A DNA stretch of 64,000 nt from Neophaeotheca triangularis (Eukaryota). A program made the translations under genes and the position numbers. Location: the NCBI GenBank assembly GCA_054600435.1, contig BAAIJX010000014.1:248001-312000 (forward strand), in the 5' to 3' direction. Shown piece by piece: positions 44,713 to 56,546 of this stretch. Position 1 is the stretch's first letter; every line of letters starts with the position of its first letter. The notes beneath the pieces were generated by a model that was given only the letters and a program-made list of their open reading frames with translations, searched no databases and was not told the origin of the DNA.

Positions 44713-45282
44713 ATGGCTACTAAGAATCTCTATCATCGTCGGCTAGTGGCCGAGGCTTCAGCTAAAGCATGCTGGATATGCTTCAAGCCCGCCAGCACAG
44801 TGCTGATCACTGTGGAGCAAGACGATTGGTTTCACATTTGCCCGGGTCATTTGAAGGATCGGAAGTTTGCCATTCCCAAAGATGGGGAGGACCTCGCGGA
44901 GAAGAAACGCAAGGAGGAGCTCGAGAAGGAGATAGAGCTAGTGAAGAAGGAGTTCGATGAGAAAGCACGCAAGAAAGCGGACAAGCGTAAAAAGAAAGAT
45001 GACGAGAAGGATGGGAAAAAGAAAGAGGACACTCAAGATGCTGAGAAGAAGCAGGATGAAACTGACGAGAAGGCGAAGGAAGAGAAGCTGAAGGAGCTCG
45101 AGAAGAAGAAGGAGCCCGAGAAAGCGGCCGTTGAAGGTCCTCGCGTCTTTGAGCTCCAAAAGAACTTTTGGCAGATGCGTTTGCAGAAGAAGAAGGATGC
45201 CGAGGCTGCAAGGAGGAATCGAGAACGTTTGCGCAACCCGGCGACTTTCCCGAGTGTTCCTTCAGGTGGTCTCGGGAATTGA
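44713..45282 (+). CDS. VFA1: Vps4-associated protein 1 (DUF1742)
   Basis: N-terminal CWIC...DWFHICPGHLKDRKF, a Lys/Glu-rich middle, RVFELQKNFWQMR and terminal FPSVP. Confidence 0.8.
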   Translation: MATKNLYHRRLVAEASAKACWICFKPASTVLITVEQDDWFHICPGHLKDRKFAIPKDGEDLAEKKRKEELEKEIELVKKEFDEKARKKADKRKKKDDEKDGKKKEDTQDAEKKQDETDEKAKEEKLKELEKKKEPEKAAVEGPRVFELQKNFWQMRLQKKKDAEAARRNRERLRNPATFPSVPSGGLGN

Positions 45283-45977
45283 AGCCGAGACGAACGATTT
45301 TATCCTGCGATAGACTCGCCACAACGCAATTGAACATAGCTGGGAGTGAAAGATTATGGTTTGCCAGTTGAAATGTTCCTCCAGGACGACGTCCAAGATG
45401 CTCGACTTTGCCGCCAACTTGCTTGCGAAATGGCAGACACCACCCTAGTCCAGCGCTGCAGGTAACAAGTATACTCGATGAATGCCGAAAAGGAAGGGGT
45501 GGGGGGAGGGTAGGAAAGGGGTTCCTAACCCGAAAGTTCACTCCATAACCGTTCGCATCGGGCACCTTGCTGCACGCGTTATCATCTGCTCAACAACAAG
45601 GGTCTGCTCTGTGACTTCCACTTTTGACTCCCCCTATGTCAGATTTGGCAGTCCGGCGTAGAAGGAAGTTTTGTCATCACGTCCGCCACGTGCCCCCGAC
45701 CACAGCAAAATAAGCTTTTCGGCTGGTTGAATGTATGGGAATGTCTATTAAGTCAGTGACGCGGGGTGGTGAGGTGAGGTCGGCGAAGCGATGGCCTGAG
45801 GCCGCTATTTCAGCGCGTCGTCAGCAGTGGCCATCTGCCATTGAACTTCCCACTGGCTACTCGAAAGCTCCAAGGTTAACCTCGCCGGGGCGACACCTTT
45901 TGAAGTTGAATACCCTGCTCTTCGCTTCATCAATTTTTCTCCCCCACTCGCTGTCCACACAACATCAAAAAAATTCA

Positions 45978-47213
45978 ATGCCGCCCAGCATGACCTCACA
46001 GACACCACCACCGACCTTTGGCAAGCCGTCCTCTCTTCGTCGCGATCCCGCCCCCATGGCCTCTGCCGCGAACGAAGCTCTCGCGACTAGGCTTTCCGAC
46101 TCAGAGGGAGCACCTGTGCCAGAATTCATGCTCAAACGCAAGGATATATATCGCAGTTCTTTCTCTTCCGAAAAGGCGCTTGGAAAAATGAGGCAACTCG
46201 ACAAGGATCACCAAGATTACAAAAAGTTGCAGGTAGCGTATGACAAGCTCCCTGACTTCCCAGCAGAGATGTGGGAGAACGTTGGGGATGTCATGGATGC
46301 CGCTACGATTGGCAAGTTCCGCGCCTTGAGCCGCACCTGTCGCGATCTTGTTCGCTTCTCGTTCGCCCGCAAGGGCCTCACTGTGCTCTGGACCAAGGAC
46401 GCCGTGAAGCGGTGCCGCAAGACCATCGAGAGTGCTCCGAAAAGCGACTCGCCAACCGCAGAGCTCATCACGTGCATCACCATCAAGATTCCTCGCCTGC
46501 ATGACGTCCGTTACCTAAGTATGGAGATCCGGAAACGATGGGGAAACCAATTCGGGAAAAACAGCCAAGGCGAGGTAGTACAGACAGCCTCCAAACTACA
46601 CCTGCAAAAGCTCCTTCATAAGCTCCCAATGCTCCAGGAGCTTCGCCTACACGGGAATCTTGTGTATGGACAAAGCTTGCATCTTCCGAGCATTGTAGCC
46701 GTGGATTTCATGCCCATGGCCTTCCAGCTCTGCTACCATATCAGCACGATGAACCGGTTCCCCAATCTCACGACTCTTAGCCTCACGAATCTGGCGGCCA
46801 TAAACCCTATGCTCGTCAAGCTTTTCGAGTCCCTCACCGTCCGCAGCGTTCGCCACGTACGTCTGGAGAACGTCTACCTCGCGCTCTCGTGTTACCCCGG
46901 TAACGACATCAACTACAACCCGTGGGCCGGCGCCCTCTTCACCCTTGGAAGCATCGGACTCGAGACGCTCGAAATCGGGCAGATCGCTGACAGCAACATC
47001 GGCCTCTGGCCAGCCAAAGCTCCCGCCGGTCCTACCATCATCGACTTCAAAAAGGGACCGGACGGCATCGCTGATCTGCGTCCCGAGTATCGTACTGTCT
47101 TCTACGCTACCAAACAACTGGACCCATATGAGACCCTGAATCCTTCTGCCGGAAGTGTAAGTTCTATCAAAACGGCCCGGCTATCTCCTCCCATAATTTA
47201 CTACAATTACTAA
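45978..47213 (+). CDS. F-box-like protein with LRR-like C-terminal region (possible terminal intron 47157-47223, giving a stop at 47256)
   Basis: LPDFPAEMWENVGDVMDAATIGKFRALSRTCRDLV resembles an F-box. LPMLQELRL, FPNLTTLSLTNL, VRHVRLENV and LETLEIG resemble LRR units. Confidence 0.6.
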   Translation: MPPSMTSQTPPPTFGKPSSLRRDPAPMASAANEALATRLSDSEGAPVPEFMLKRKDIYRSSFSSEKALGKMRQLDKDHQDYKKLQVAYDKLPDFPAEMWENVGDVMDAATIGKFRALSRTCRDLVRFSFARKGLTVLWTKDAVKRCRKTIESAPKSDSPTAELITCITIKIPRLHDVRYLSMEIRKRWGNQFGKNSQGEVVQTASKLHLQKLLHKLPMLQELRLHGNLVYGQSLHLPSIVAVDFMPMAFQLCYHISTMNRFPNLTTLSLTNLAAINPMLVKLFESLTVRSVRHVRLENVYLALSCYPGNDINYNPWAGALFTLGSIGLETLEIGQIADSNIGLWPAKAPAGPTIIDFKKGPDGIADLRPEYRTVFYATKQLDPYETLNPSAGSVSSIKTARLSPPIIYYNY

Positions 47214-47826
47214 ACTGTGACAGATGGTCGGGCCGGTCCCGGACTTTGGCCCGTGATAGCGATCGATTCAGCGCGGAGAAACTTTCCAAGCGAATGGTGG
47301 CAACACAATCATCGAGAGGCTTTCACGAAAGATGGCGCATCGGATTCATGCGGGTTCAGATAAAAGCGCGGAGGCTGTCTGTGCTTGGCATGGCATGGCA
47401 ACATTGTTCATTTCGAACGAACAACGCAGTCTAGCATCGGCTCAGAGCCAGTAAGAAATGAAGTTTTTCACAGTGGGGCGGTTTTTCACACTGGGTTAGC
47501 AGATCATGTCGACGGCAGAGCTTTTCTTCCACAGTGAGAAGAAGTGGCTTGGCATAGGCACATCAAAGACAAATTTTCTATCACGAGGGCCAAGTGAGGC
47601 ATACTCATCCTTTTACTTCAGTCCAGCACCACGTCTCGCAAATCTAATCCGTTTTTGTGCCCACAGGTTGCCTTTCATGATCTTCTAATGTACCTATAAC
47701 CTCAGCCACTAGAGACGACCGCTGCAACCACATACAACATAGAAGCACAGCGGCAGCTCACCGAAAACCCCGGCTTGCTTCCCTAAGGACAACGAAAGTG
47801 CTTGGCTCGCTGATGCTGGCTGTCAT

Positions 47827-49117
47827 CTACGCATTCTGCACGGCATCGACATTAGTATCCTCAATCCGCCACATGTACCACATGAACAAGCTCCTAAGTA
47901 AAAGTCAGCAAGACCCCCCACCCCTCCAAACGCCATCAAAAGAGGGAAACCCACCTAAACGGCGAAAACTTCTCGGCAATTTCCAGCATGTCCTTCTCAC
48001 TCATATATTTCCTCTTCCCGCCCTTGGCCTTCAACCTTGCCACATCCCGGCCCACATACGCCGCCATACCCCTCTCCACTCCCAAATCCCCCACACTCAG
48101 CACATCCATGCGCTTCAAACCAAAACACATGAACATCTCCACCGACCACTTGCCCAGCCCCCTGATCGCCACGAGCTCCCTCATCACTTCCTCGTCCCCG
48201 CCCTCCATCAGCATCTTCACCGTCAACTCCCCGGAAACGAACTTTCCCGCCAGACCCTGTATGTACTCCGCTTTGCGCCCGCTGAGGCCCGCTTCACGTA
48301 ACCTAGCGAGCGGGGTTTCTGCGACTACAGCGGGGGTTGGGAAACCGTTCGGGCTGTCAGCCGGGGAGAAGAGGGCGATGAATTTGTTCTTGATACTTTT
48401 GGCCGCGGCCCCGGAGACTTGTTGCGCCATTATGCCGCTGGCAAGGCTGCGGAAGGGGTCAATTTCCTCGGCTAGACCGGCCGGGGAGAAGACGCGGCAA
48501 GGGTGGGCGTCTATGAGGGGTGCCAGTTTTCCTGTTGGGTCTGCGGAGATGAGGTGGGTGGTTGCCTTGGCTAGGAGAGTGGCGGTTGAAGTTAAGGTTG
48601 AGGATGGGGGATGTGGGGCTGCGGGTTTGGTCGGTGAGGCGTCTTCGAAGTTGCTGTAGATGTTGTTTTGGTGGTGATGTTGTGTGCCGAAGGGAGTTAT
48701 GAGGGTGGCGTTGGTGTGGTGCGGTTCCGCCGGACGGTCTTCTGGTGGTGGTGTTGCGTCGTCAATGTCCCCGGAGCTGTAGGTTTTGGGTGCTGGCGTG
48801 CGTTTGGTCATGAAAGCTATGGCTGCCGGGGTTGGCGTTATTGGTGGTGGCTCTTCGTCTTTCGTCGTACGTCTGCGCTTGTTTGGCGTGGTATTTGGGG
48901 AGACCTTTGCGATTTCGAGAGGGGCCATTTCGGGGATGGCACCGTCGTGATCTTCACCATCTTGACCGATAGCACTGGCTGCTATGTTCTCCGTTTGTTT
49001 GGCCTTGCGTTTCCCGGTAGTCGTCTTTCTTGCCACAGGCTTTCGTTTCTCAGTCGGCGCCGGCATTGCTGCAGTCGCAGGGAGGGCTTGTACCCGGGCG
49101 GAACGCCTTAGGGACAT
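47827..49117 (-). CDS. MAG1: DNA-3-methyladenine glycosylase (HhH-GPD/AlkA family); intron 47894-47954
   Basis: PFRSLASGIMAQQVSGAAA, AGLSGRKAEYI, HhH LVAIRGLGKWSVEMF and DLGV. Spliced end FSPFR|SLFMWYMWR. Confidence 0.9.
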
Positions 49118-49661
49118 GGTTATGATCGATACGCTGCTTGTCTTATAGTAAGCTCCCAGCATACGTGAGCCAGGAGAATACGCTGAGACAAAGTTGAGCT
49201 TCTTAAGAGCAAGTGGCTCAAGGCTTCGGTGCGCGGTCTCCGATTCCCGGATGCTTTATTAGCGGGTTTATTAGACAGAAATGGACCTTTCGAACCATAT
49301 AAGTGTAAGGTTGAGCGAACATCTACACAATATGCCCGTTCTACAAGTTCGAGAAGCGTTGCTGAGGTAGGCAGCAACTGGACCCTTGATGTGTAAATCA
49401 ATATCACGTGCGTCAGATCACGCTTGAGACTCAAGATAATCTGTGGCGAGATAGATGTAGCATGAACTACCTCGTCACGAAAACAATCGTAGACGTGATG
49501 AGCAGGATGATGGCCATGCAACAAACATGACCACCGTATGGTACACCAGGTGCCTCAACATCTATGCCGCAAAAGCGCCGCTTGAACCCCAGCAAATATT
49601 TACACTTTGCAGCATTTCACCCTCATCTGCTCCAATCCAACAACATCCTTCCGACCCTCCT

Positions 49662-50285
49662 TTATCTACTAGCAGTCGCACCCTTGTAGCTGGGCTTCTT
49701 GACGACCATGGCGTCCATGTCCTCCCTCTCTGTGCGCTCAGCCTCGATCTCCCTGATAATTGGCGAGAGGTATGGGTAGTCCTGAGTTCGGGGTCAGCAT
49801 CACAGGATTCGTGATCGGAGTATATTAGCTTTTGAGGCGTACTTGGTCCTTGGAGGTCCACTCGTTCTTGGGAAGCAGCTGGTGAGAGAGCGAGCACTAT
49901 AACCCTTTATCAATATTCCGTCCGCTGTTCCGCCATTTTAAATACATTTTTGCATACCTGGAAAGCCCTCCTCATACGGAAAACGCGGTCGTAGGCCTCC
50001 TTTGGCGGCAATCGCTTGAGCGCCATGAGGACGACTTCGCTCTCTTCCGGGATCAGGTCATCGGCTCTGTGTCCGGCATTGTCAGTCCATGTAATTCATA
50101 TCAAACGTCTCCACGACAGCATTCGTATCCTCTCGTATTCTTCTCTTGCTTCCAGGCGGTTGACCGTACCTCAGACCCAGCTTTCTGTATCCGGCGGCGT
50201 CGGCGTACCAGTTGCTCAAGGGCTTCATCCAGCGCATGAGCCATGGGCGCTTCATCATGAAGCCGGCGAGGGAAGGTTGCGACAT
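49662..50285 (-). CDS. QCR7: Cytochrome bc1 complex subunit 7 (14 kDa), 4 exons
   Basis: Spliced AAGYRKLGLR|ADDLIPEESEVVLMALKRLPPKEAYDRVFRMRRAFQ|CSLSHQLLPKNEWTSKDQ|DYPYLSPIIREIEAERTERE... Confidence 0.93.
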
Positions 50286-50886
50286 GATTGAGGTGTGCGA
50301 ATGTGTTTCGAAGGGAGTGGAGTAGGGCGCAGTCTGTTGGGTGAGTTGAATGAATGCACTTCGCAGGGAGTCTTGTTGCAGATGGCTGCTGGAAGATGCA
50401 GGCCAAGCCCGAACGGAGAGGTAATCAACCCTTAGGGTTACAAGTCGAACAATCAGACCAACAATCCGACATCACCACCCGACTTTTCCCCACTGAACCC
50501 AGTTGCTCCACAGAACGAGCAAGCTTGCCTGGTAGCCTGCTCTCACTGGGAGCTGCTGCAACCACACCACTACCGTCACAAGCCGTCTGTTTCTTTTTCA
50601 CTGCCCCACGCCAGGAAACAGGCCAGAACCTTCACGCTTGCACCTGATACCTACCACCTCAATTCTACGACCGCTTCATTGGCGCTTACAAGCAACAGTA
50701 CCATGGCCCGCGGCGTCCGCTAACTGTCTCCATAAAAGAGCCGGCCCCAAGCGGAAAGGCGGACAGCAGCGACAGTCACGAAAACGAGACCTATTATCAC
50801 CACCGCGCGACCTGTAATATCGTATATCCTATCCCTACGAGCATGAGCACGCTAGAACAAACTTCTCGGTAGCAGCTCGGCGGGCC

Positions 50887-52071
50887 ATGCAAACGATGCC
50901 CGAAGCCGGCGACACACACGACCATGGCCCTCCTCTCAAAGAACAGGCAAAGGCCGTCCTTCGCGAAAGCACTCCATTCCCCAAGCTGGCGGTATGGTCC
51001 ACCACGCTTTCCGACCCGGGGGTCAATGCCTTCTCCGGCGCAGTTGCGGGTGCGATGAGCGGCATTGTCACCTGCCCACTGGATGTTATCAAGACGAAGC
51101 TGCAAGCTCAAGGGTCGTTTCGAAGTAATCGTGGCTCGGGCAACAGCTTGGTATATCGAGGATTACTCGGCACAGCAAGGACAATTATTCAGCAAGATGG
51201 GATGAAGGGCATGTACCGGGGTTTGGGGCCTATGCTGCTCGGCTACCTGCCTACCTGGGCAGTCTACATGTCCGTCTACGGCAGCAGCAAGAAATACTTT
51301 GCCACGCACAGCTACTTCGGAGCCTCAAGCGACCTGATGCAAAACGTATACGCCAGCCTCTGCGGCGGCGCCTGCAGCACTCTCACCACAAACCCCATAT
51401 GGGTCATCAAAACTCGTATGATGAACCAAGTCTCCCGTAGCGCCAGCGACGGCGCCCGCACCCCCTGGCACTACAATAACACCCTCGACGCGGCGCGCAA
51501 AATGTACAAATCCGAAGGCCTGGGGGCCTTTTATTCGGGCCTGGCGCCCGCACTCCTTGGCCTCACCCACGTCGCCATCCAATTCCCGCTTTACGAGTAC
51601 CTCAAACTTCAATTCACCGGCGTGCGCATGGGCCAAGCGGCCACGGAGGCCGAACCCGGGCAAAATACCCTCGGCATCCTCGCCGCGACCTTCTTCTCCA
51701 AAGTCTGCGCCACCAGCGCCACATACCCGCACGAAGTGCTGCGCACACGTTTGCAGACGCAGCAACGACACGCGCATCCCGAGACGGCACACGATAATAT
51801 TGCCGCCGGTCACCATACCAAAGGCGTCAACCGCGCCAAGGCCATGGGCAACACCGATGGTGCGGCTTACCAGCCTCGCTACAGGGGGATTCTGAACACT
51901 TGCCGCGTCATTTTGAAAGAAGAGGGCTGGAAGGCTTTTTACAATGGCATGGGCACGAATATGATCCGGGCGATTCCCGCGGCTATGACGACCATGTTGA
52001 CGTTTGAGACGGTGAGCTCGGCTGTCAGGAAACTGCAGGCGGAGGGAAGGGTATTGGAGGCTTCGGATTGA
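50887..52071 (+). CDS. Mitochondrial carrier, NAD+ transporter (Ndt1/Yia6-like)
   Basis: Three carrier repeats: PLDVIKTK, PIWVIKTR (the Trp substitution typical of NAD/folate carriers) and PHEVLRTR; also GYLPTWAVY. Confidence 0.85.
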   Translation: MQTMPEAGDTHDHGPPLKEQAKAVLRESTPFPKLAVWSTTLSDPGVNAFSGAVAGAMSGIVTCPLDVIKTKLQAQGSFRSNRGSGNSLVYRGLLGTARTIIQQDGMKGMYRGLGPMLLGYLPTWAVYMSVYGSSKKYFATHSYFGASSDLMQNVYASLCGGACSTLTTNPIWVIKTRMMNQVSRSASDGARTPWHYNNTLDAARKMYKSEGLGAFYSGLAPALLGLTHVAIQFPLYEYLKLQFTGVRMGQAATEAEPGQNTLGILAATFFSKVCATSATYPHEVLRTRLQTQQRHAHPETAHDNIAAGHHTKGVNRAKAMGNTDGAAYQPRYRGILNTCRVILKEEGWKAFYNGMGTNMIRAIPAAMTTMLTFETVSSAVRKLQAEGRVLEASD

Positions 52072-52474
52072 TTTAATTTGAGGTCTCTGTGATGGTGCGA
52101 AACTTGTCGATGAAAGTCTATGCATATGGGGCGTGGGCGTTTTGGGCTTGTAAGGCCATTTGGGATGAGAGGTTGGCTTTGCAGGGCATGGTTGAGGCAT
52201 GGCAAGATACCTATGTCGCATGGGCTCCGGGCGGGTTAGTTCTCTAGTCAGCTAGCAGGGCGCTTTGCGGTGAAAGAGGGCGTTTCATCGTTGCCTTTAT
52301 GGAATGAATTTCATGAAGTTTTCTTGCAAGTCATCACCATCAGGACACCAAATCATATTACCGGTGACTTACGTAAATCGAGACCACGAGAACCTTGGAA
52401 CGCACGGAGGCGGGTAAGGTCGAAACAAAAGCGTGCGCTCTATCAAACTACATACATACAGCCTCCCATCCCAC

Positions 52475-54204
52475 TCAGCACGTCTCATGCTCGCTGCCAC
52501 CTCTAATCATCTTCGCCACAGACTGTATAACGCTAATTCCCATGACTACGCACCCAAAGACGATACAAACATACGACGCATACGTCTCCCAAGTCGTGCG
52601 CTTGGTAAGCTTGACAAAACAAAGCGGCGGCAAAATATACGCCAGCGCACACGCGCTCGTTGCGCCGATCAATTCAAAGACGATCCCGACGTCGCACGTA
52701 ACGAGCGACAGGGTCATAGCGGTTAGCACAAGCGACGTCGTGAAGATCAGGTGGCGGTTGGGGTTGTGCGGCTCGTTGGGGAAGTAGTACTCGGTCATGA
52801 CCTCGCGGCAGACGAAGCACTCGAGCGGCAGCGTGGTGATCATGTTGAGCCCGAAGCACAGCCGCGCGATGTTGACCATGACGTTGTCGTTGGCGAAGTT
52901 CTTGAGCACGTTGCCCTGGGTTTTGTCGCCGAAGCTGAGGTAGCCGCCGAGCGCCATGGCCATGCACGCGATCATGCTGATGAAGGTTGAGTAATGGGTG
53001 ACGCGCGCGAAACGGTCCATGGTTGGGCGTTTCAAGGAGCCGTATATCAGGAGGCTGTTGTGGTGGCACACGAAGGCGAAGGAGATGACGCCGATGGCTT
53101 GGAAGACGCCGTCGTTGATTAGGAGGCTACCTTTTAAGGCGCCGCGGGTTTCAGCCGGCGCGAGCGGGCCTTGAATTACGATTGTGAGGATGATGACGCC
53201 CATGCTTATCAGAGCTGCTGAGCTGGCTTTTGCGAGCTGCGTTGGGGAAGGTCGTTAGCATTACTGGGAGTCTGGCTAGGGGCCTAGGGTTTGCTTACTA
53301 GAGCGATGTCGCGGTAGAGGGAGAGGGGGTAGGATGCTCCCAAGACGAAGAGAACAATCACCGCTCGTCTGTTCGTGAGCAGCCAGAGTACTGGCATGTC
53401 GTGTAGTGCTGGAAAAAAGCCTCCTAGAACCTTTGGTATCGTGTCTCCAATGATAATGCAAAATGCTGTCATGCCGCCGAATGCGAATGCCCATTGCGCG
53501 ATTGAAATCGCCACGAGCCCCGACTTGCCAAAGCAGTGTTCCATGGTCGATTGAAACGAGTCTGCACCGCTCAATTTGGAGTTGGTGACAATTAAGCGGA
53601 TCGTCCAATCTACCGTGATGGTCAGAACGATAAGAAGAATGATGCCGGTGAGCAGTCCGGCGTGCTTGAAAGCTAGCGGTTGTCCAATAATTCCTGCGCC
53701 TATAATACTGTTCGCCATGTTCATGAAAGCGCTCTTAGTGCCACTCTTGGGTCGAGCAGACTCCAGCAAGTCTTCCGGGTTGAAATCGAGATCGTTTGCG
53801 AGGGTGATGCTCGGCGCCTCAATGTCGGTCAACAGTGGTGCTCTTTGACCAGCGCTATTTCTCCTGCTTCCTTGCCGCTCGCCCGCGCTCATGTAGTCCT
53901 CCTCTTCCAGCCACTCCTCAGCGTGCGCCGACCCATTGGCTTCTCCTATGGTCTCCGATTCGGCTACATTGAATCGCACTCTATGTGGCGTCCGGGGCGC
54001 ACCATTTGGCCTGGGTTGCGCAAAAGAAGACTGTCTCCTAGGCAGACCTCTCCCGTTCTCGTTCCCAGGTCGTTGTTGTTTCGTGTTCACAAGATCCTCA
54101 TTCGACGAGGCCTCTCTTGAAGACTGCAGCAGGCCTTCGAACTCCTCTTCCCCATTGCCGCCCTTCTGGCCGGACTCTCGAGAAGAGCTGTTGTCAATGG
54201 CCAT
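52475..54204 (-). CDS. Vacuolar amino-acid transporter (Aa_trans, Avt2-like); intron 53237-53298
   Basis: AFMNMANSIIGAGIIGQP, YPLSLYRDIAL|LAKAS and AIGVISFAFVCHHNSLLIY; many TM segments. Confidence 0.88.
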
Positions 54205-54687
54205 GACATCGTTGCTCAGGGCAGGTGTAACATGTTAGAAATGGATGACAAAAGTGACTGGCTGTAGGAGTAGAAGTGTGTTACTACTGGCACGCTTGCT
54301 TGCTGGTTGTCTATTCCCGTCCGAATGCGGTTATGCGACGTTTCTTAGGGCTTACGTTTATCATCTTTCACGTGGCATCCGGAAGCCGGAAGCCGGGGTC
54401 GACTGTTGACAGACTTCACTTCATCTCACATCCTTTACCCTCTACGGAGAAGTCCTACTCACATATATTACTGGTCAATGTAAGCAAACAAGATACCAGA
54501 AATCCATTTTTGTTAGTTGTCTGCCCGTTTTTCCTTCCATCAATCCCACTAGTGATGTTCTTAGTGCATCGTGTTAATCGTTTGTTTGCTGATCTGCATT
54601 TGCCCTCATCTATGTAGCCCATGTTTCCAGCGATCAGCCTCCAAAACTTGTTGATATCCCACTAGAGACATCGTCCAATCAAAGAAA

Positions 54688-55710
54688 ATGCCATCATCCC
54701 TGAACAACCTCCGTACTTGGACCAACAAAACAGTGACACCCCTAAAAGTGTGGCAGCTGAAGTATTGCGCTTTCCTGACCGGCGCCGCCTCGACTGGGAC
54801 CAAAGCGAAGCTCGAGGACTCGCTAGTAAATAGTCTGAGCAACATCACTATCTCCAAAGACCGATACCGGATCCTCAGCGTAGATATGGGAATCCGTAAC
54901 TTAGCATATTGCGTGCTCGACGTACAGCTTCCACAATCACGTCGACAACGGCCCAAATCAATACCCTTGAAGCCATTCTACAGAGTTGAAGAATGGCAGC
55001 GATTTGACGTCCTAGCTAAAGCAGGAGATGGCACGAGCCCCACTGCTAGACAGGCCAGAAAGGAAATCACAAACGATGCTTTTACCCCGTCGGCTCTATC
55101 TAAGATAGCCTACAAAATCACGCAAAAGCTGTTGGCGCACCGTCCAGATGTGATCTTGATCGAACGTCAGCGCTTCCGTTCCGGAGGTGCATCCGCGATT
55201 CAGGAGTGGACGGTACGGGTCAATATGCTGGAAAGCATGCTTTGGGCCTGTCTGGAAACGCTTCGACACAACAGTTCCTTGAAATCTTCCGAGGCGCCGG
55301 ACGTTCATGAAATCAGCCCAAAGCGGGTTGGGAGCTTTTGGACTGCGGATGGCAGTATAGATCTAGGCGTGCCTGACAACATCTTTTGTGGCCCGCATGA
55401 CAAGGCCGATACAGATGTGCTGAAGGGGGTGAAAACGAAGGTCGAGAAGAAGGACAAGATTGCCGTATTGAAGTCCTGGTTGAAGGGTGATGGAGGGGTC
55501 GATTTAGACTTCTCACCCGCGGTGAAAGAGACTGTGGGCTCTTTTGGAGTGTTGGCCGATTTGCAGAGCGGTAATGATGTCGCCGGTCCCAGGAAGCGAG
55601 TGCCAGCCAGCAAATTGGATGATTTGACTGATTGTATGCTGCAAGCTATGGCGTGGGTGAGGTGGGAAGAGAATAGCCGGAAGTTGAGGCGTTTGGGAGA
55701 CTTTTCGTGA
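54688..55710 (+). CDS. CCE1: Mitochondrial Holliday-junction resolvase (Cce1/Ydc2)
   Basis: ILSVDMGIRNLAYC, IERQRFRSGG and KLDDLTDC (RuvC-like acidic residues); SAP-like N-terminus. Confidence 0.87.
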   Translation: MPSSLNNLRTWTNKTVTPLKVWQLKYCAFLTGAASTGTKAKLEDSLVNSLSNITISKDRYRILSVDMGIRNLAYCVLDVQLPQSRRQRPKSIPLKPFYRVEEWQRFDVLAKAGDGTSPTARQARKEITNDAFTPSALSKIAYKITQKLLAHRPDVILIERQRFRSGGASAIQEWTVRVNMLESMLWACLETLRHNSSLKSSEAPDVHEISPKRVGSFWTADGSIDLGVPDNIFCGPHDKADTDVLKGVKTKVEKKDKIAVLKSWLKGDGGVDLDFSPAVKETVGSFGVLADLQSGNDVAGPRKRVPASKLDDLTDCMLQAMAWVRWEENSRKLRRLGDFS

Positions 55711-56546
55711 ATCCTGGTCGCTGGTCCTTGGTTGGATGATGCCATGGCCATGGTCGAGCTAAGGGGTTCGAAAGTGTTGAGGAGGACATGCAAATTAAGA
55801 CCACCAGGTGCGTTTCGTGAGACATCACTGGGAGAGATCGTTGTGTGCTACGATGAGGTGAGGGAAGGGATGAGAACCTAAGGTAGAGGGTATCCTCACC
55901 CGAACCATTCCACTGACTACATATTCAGCAGCCACGGCATCTTATCTAACAAGTGGTCCAATGGCTCGACGGTTAAGATGCCCCCTGCAATCAAGTCAAA
56001 CTCGCTAGTGAATTTCGACACTAGCGAGAAGGTAGTTGCAGAGCGTCGACAAGCCGGAAGAAAGTCAGCGGTTCGAAACCCACCTCTATTCACCTTCTTT
56101 AGTACGCCCGGACGGAAAAAGAATGAGTGCCTCCAACCAACACGAATACCGACCGACCCCATTACCGTCCTCCCCGAACATACCGAACCGAACGATCCGC
56201 CTCGACCAAAAAGGCAAAACCGTCTGGGGTTCTCCTTCCCTGTTACCCTCGAGGGTGGCGGGTTTCTTTTTGCCCTCATTAAACCGCCAACGCCTACCAG
56301 AAGCGCCACATCCCTTGATCTTCCCATCTTTTGCGCTAGAGAATTTCAATGCGCGGTTGCTATGTGTGGCCAGCATTCGAAATGCCTTGCTTCGCCAGAA
56401 GGCTCTTTTGTCTCGCCAAAACGCTTTGCAGTCGATGCGTTTGCTATGCACACCCCTTCCACTTGTTGAAACAAGGAAGATGGCTTTTATTTAAACAGGT
56501 TGCTTGCCTCAAGGATATCACTCTAAGAAAGAACATCAGAGCAACG

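Noticed and set aside
56060..56090. GGTTCGAAACCC tRNA T-loop-like motif
   Set aside because: No acceptor, D or anticodon stems could be built around it.
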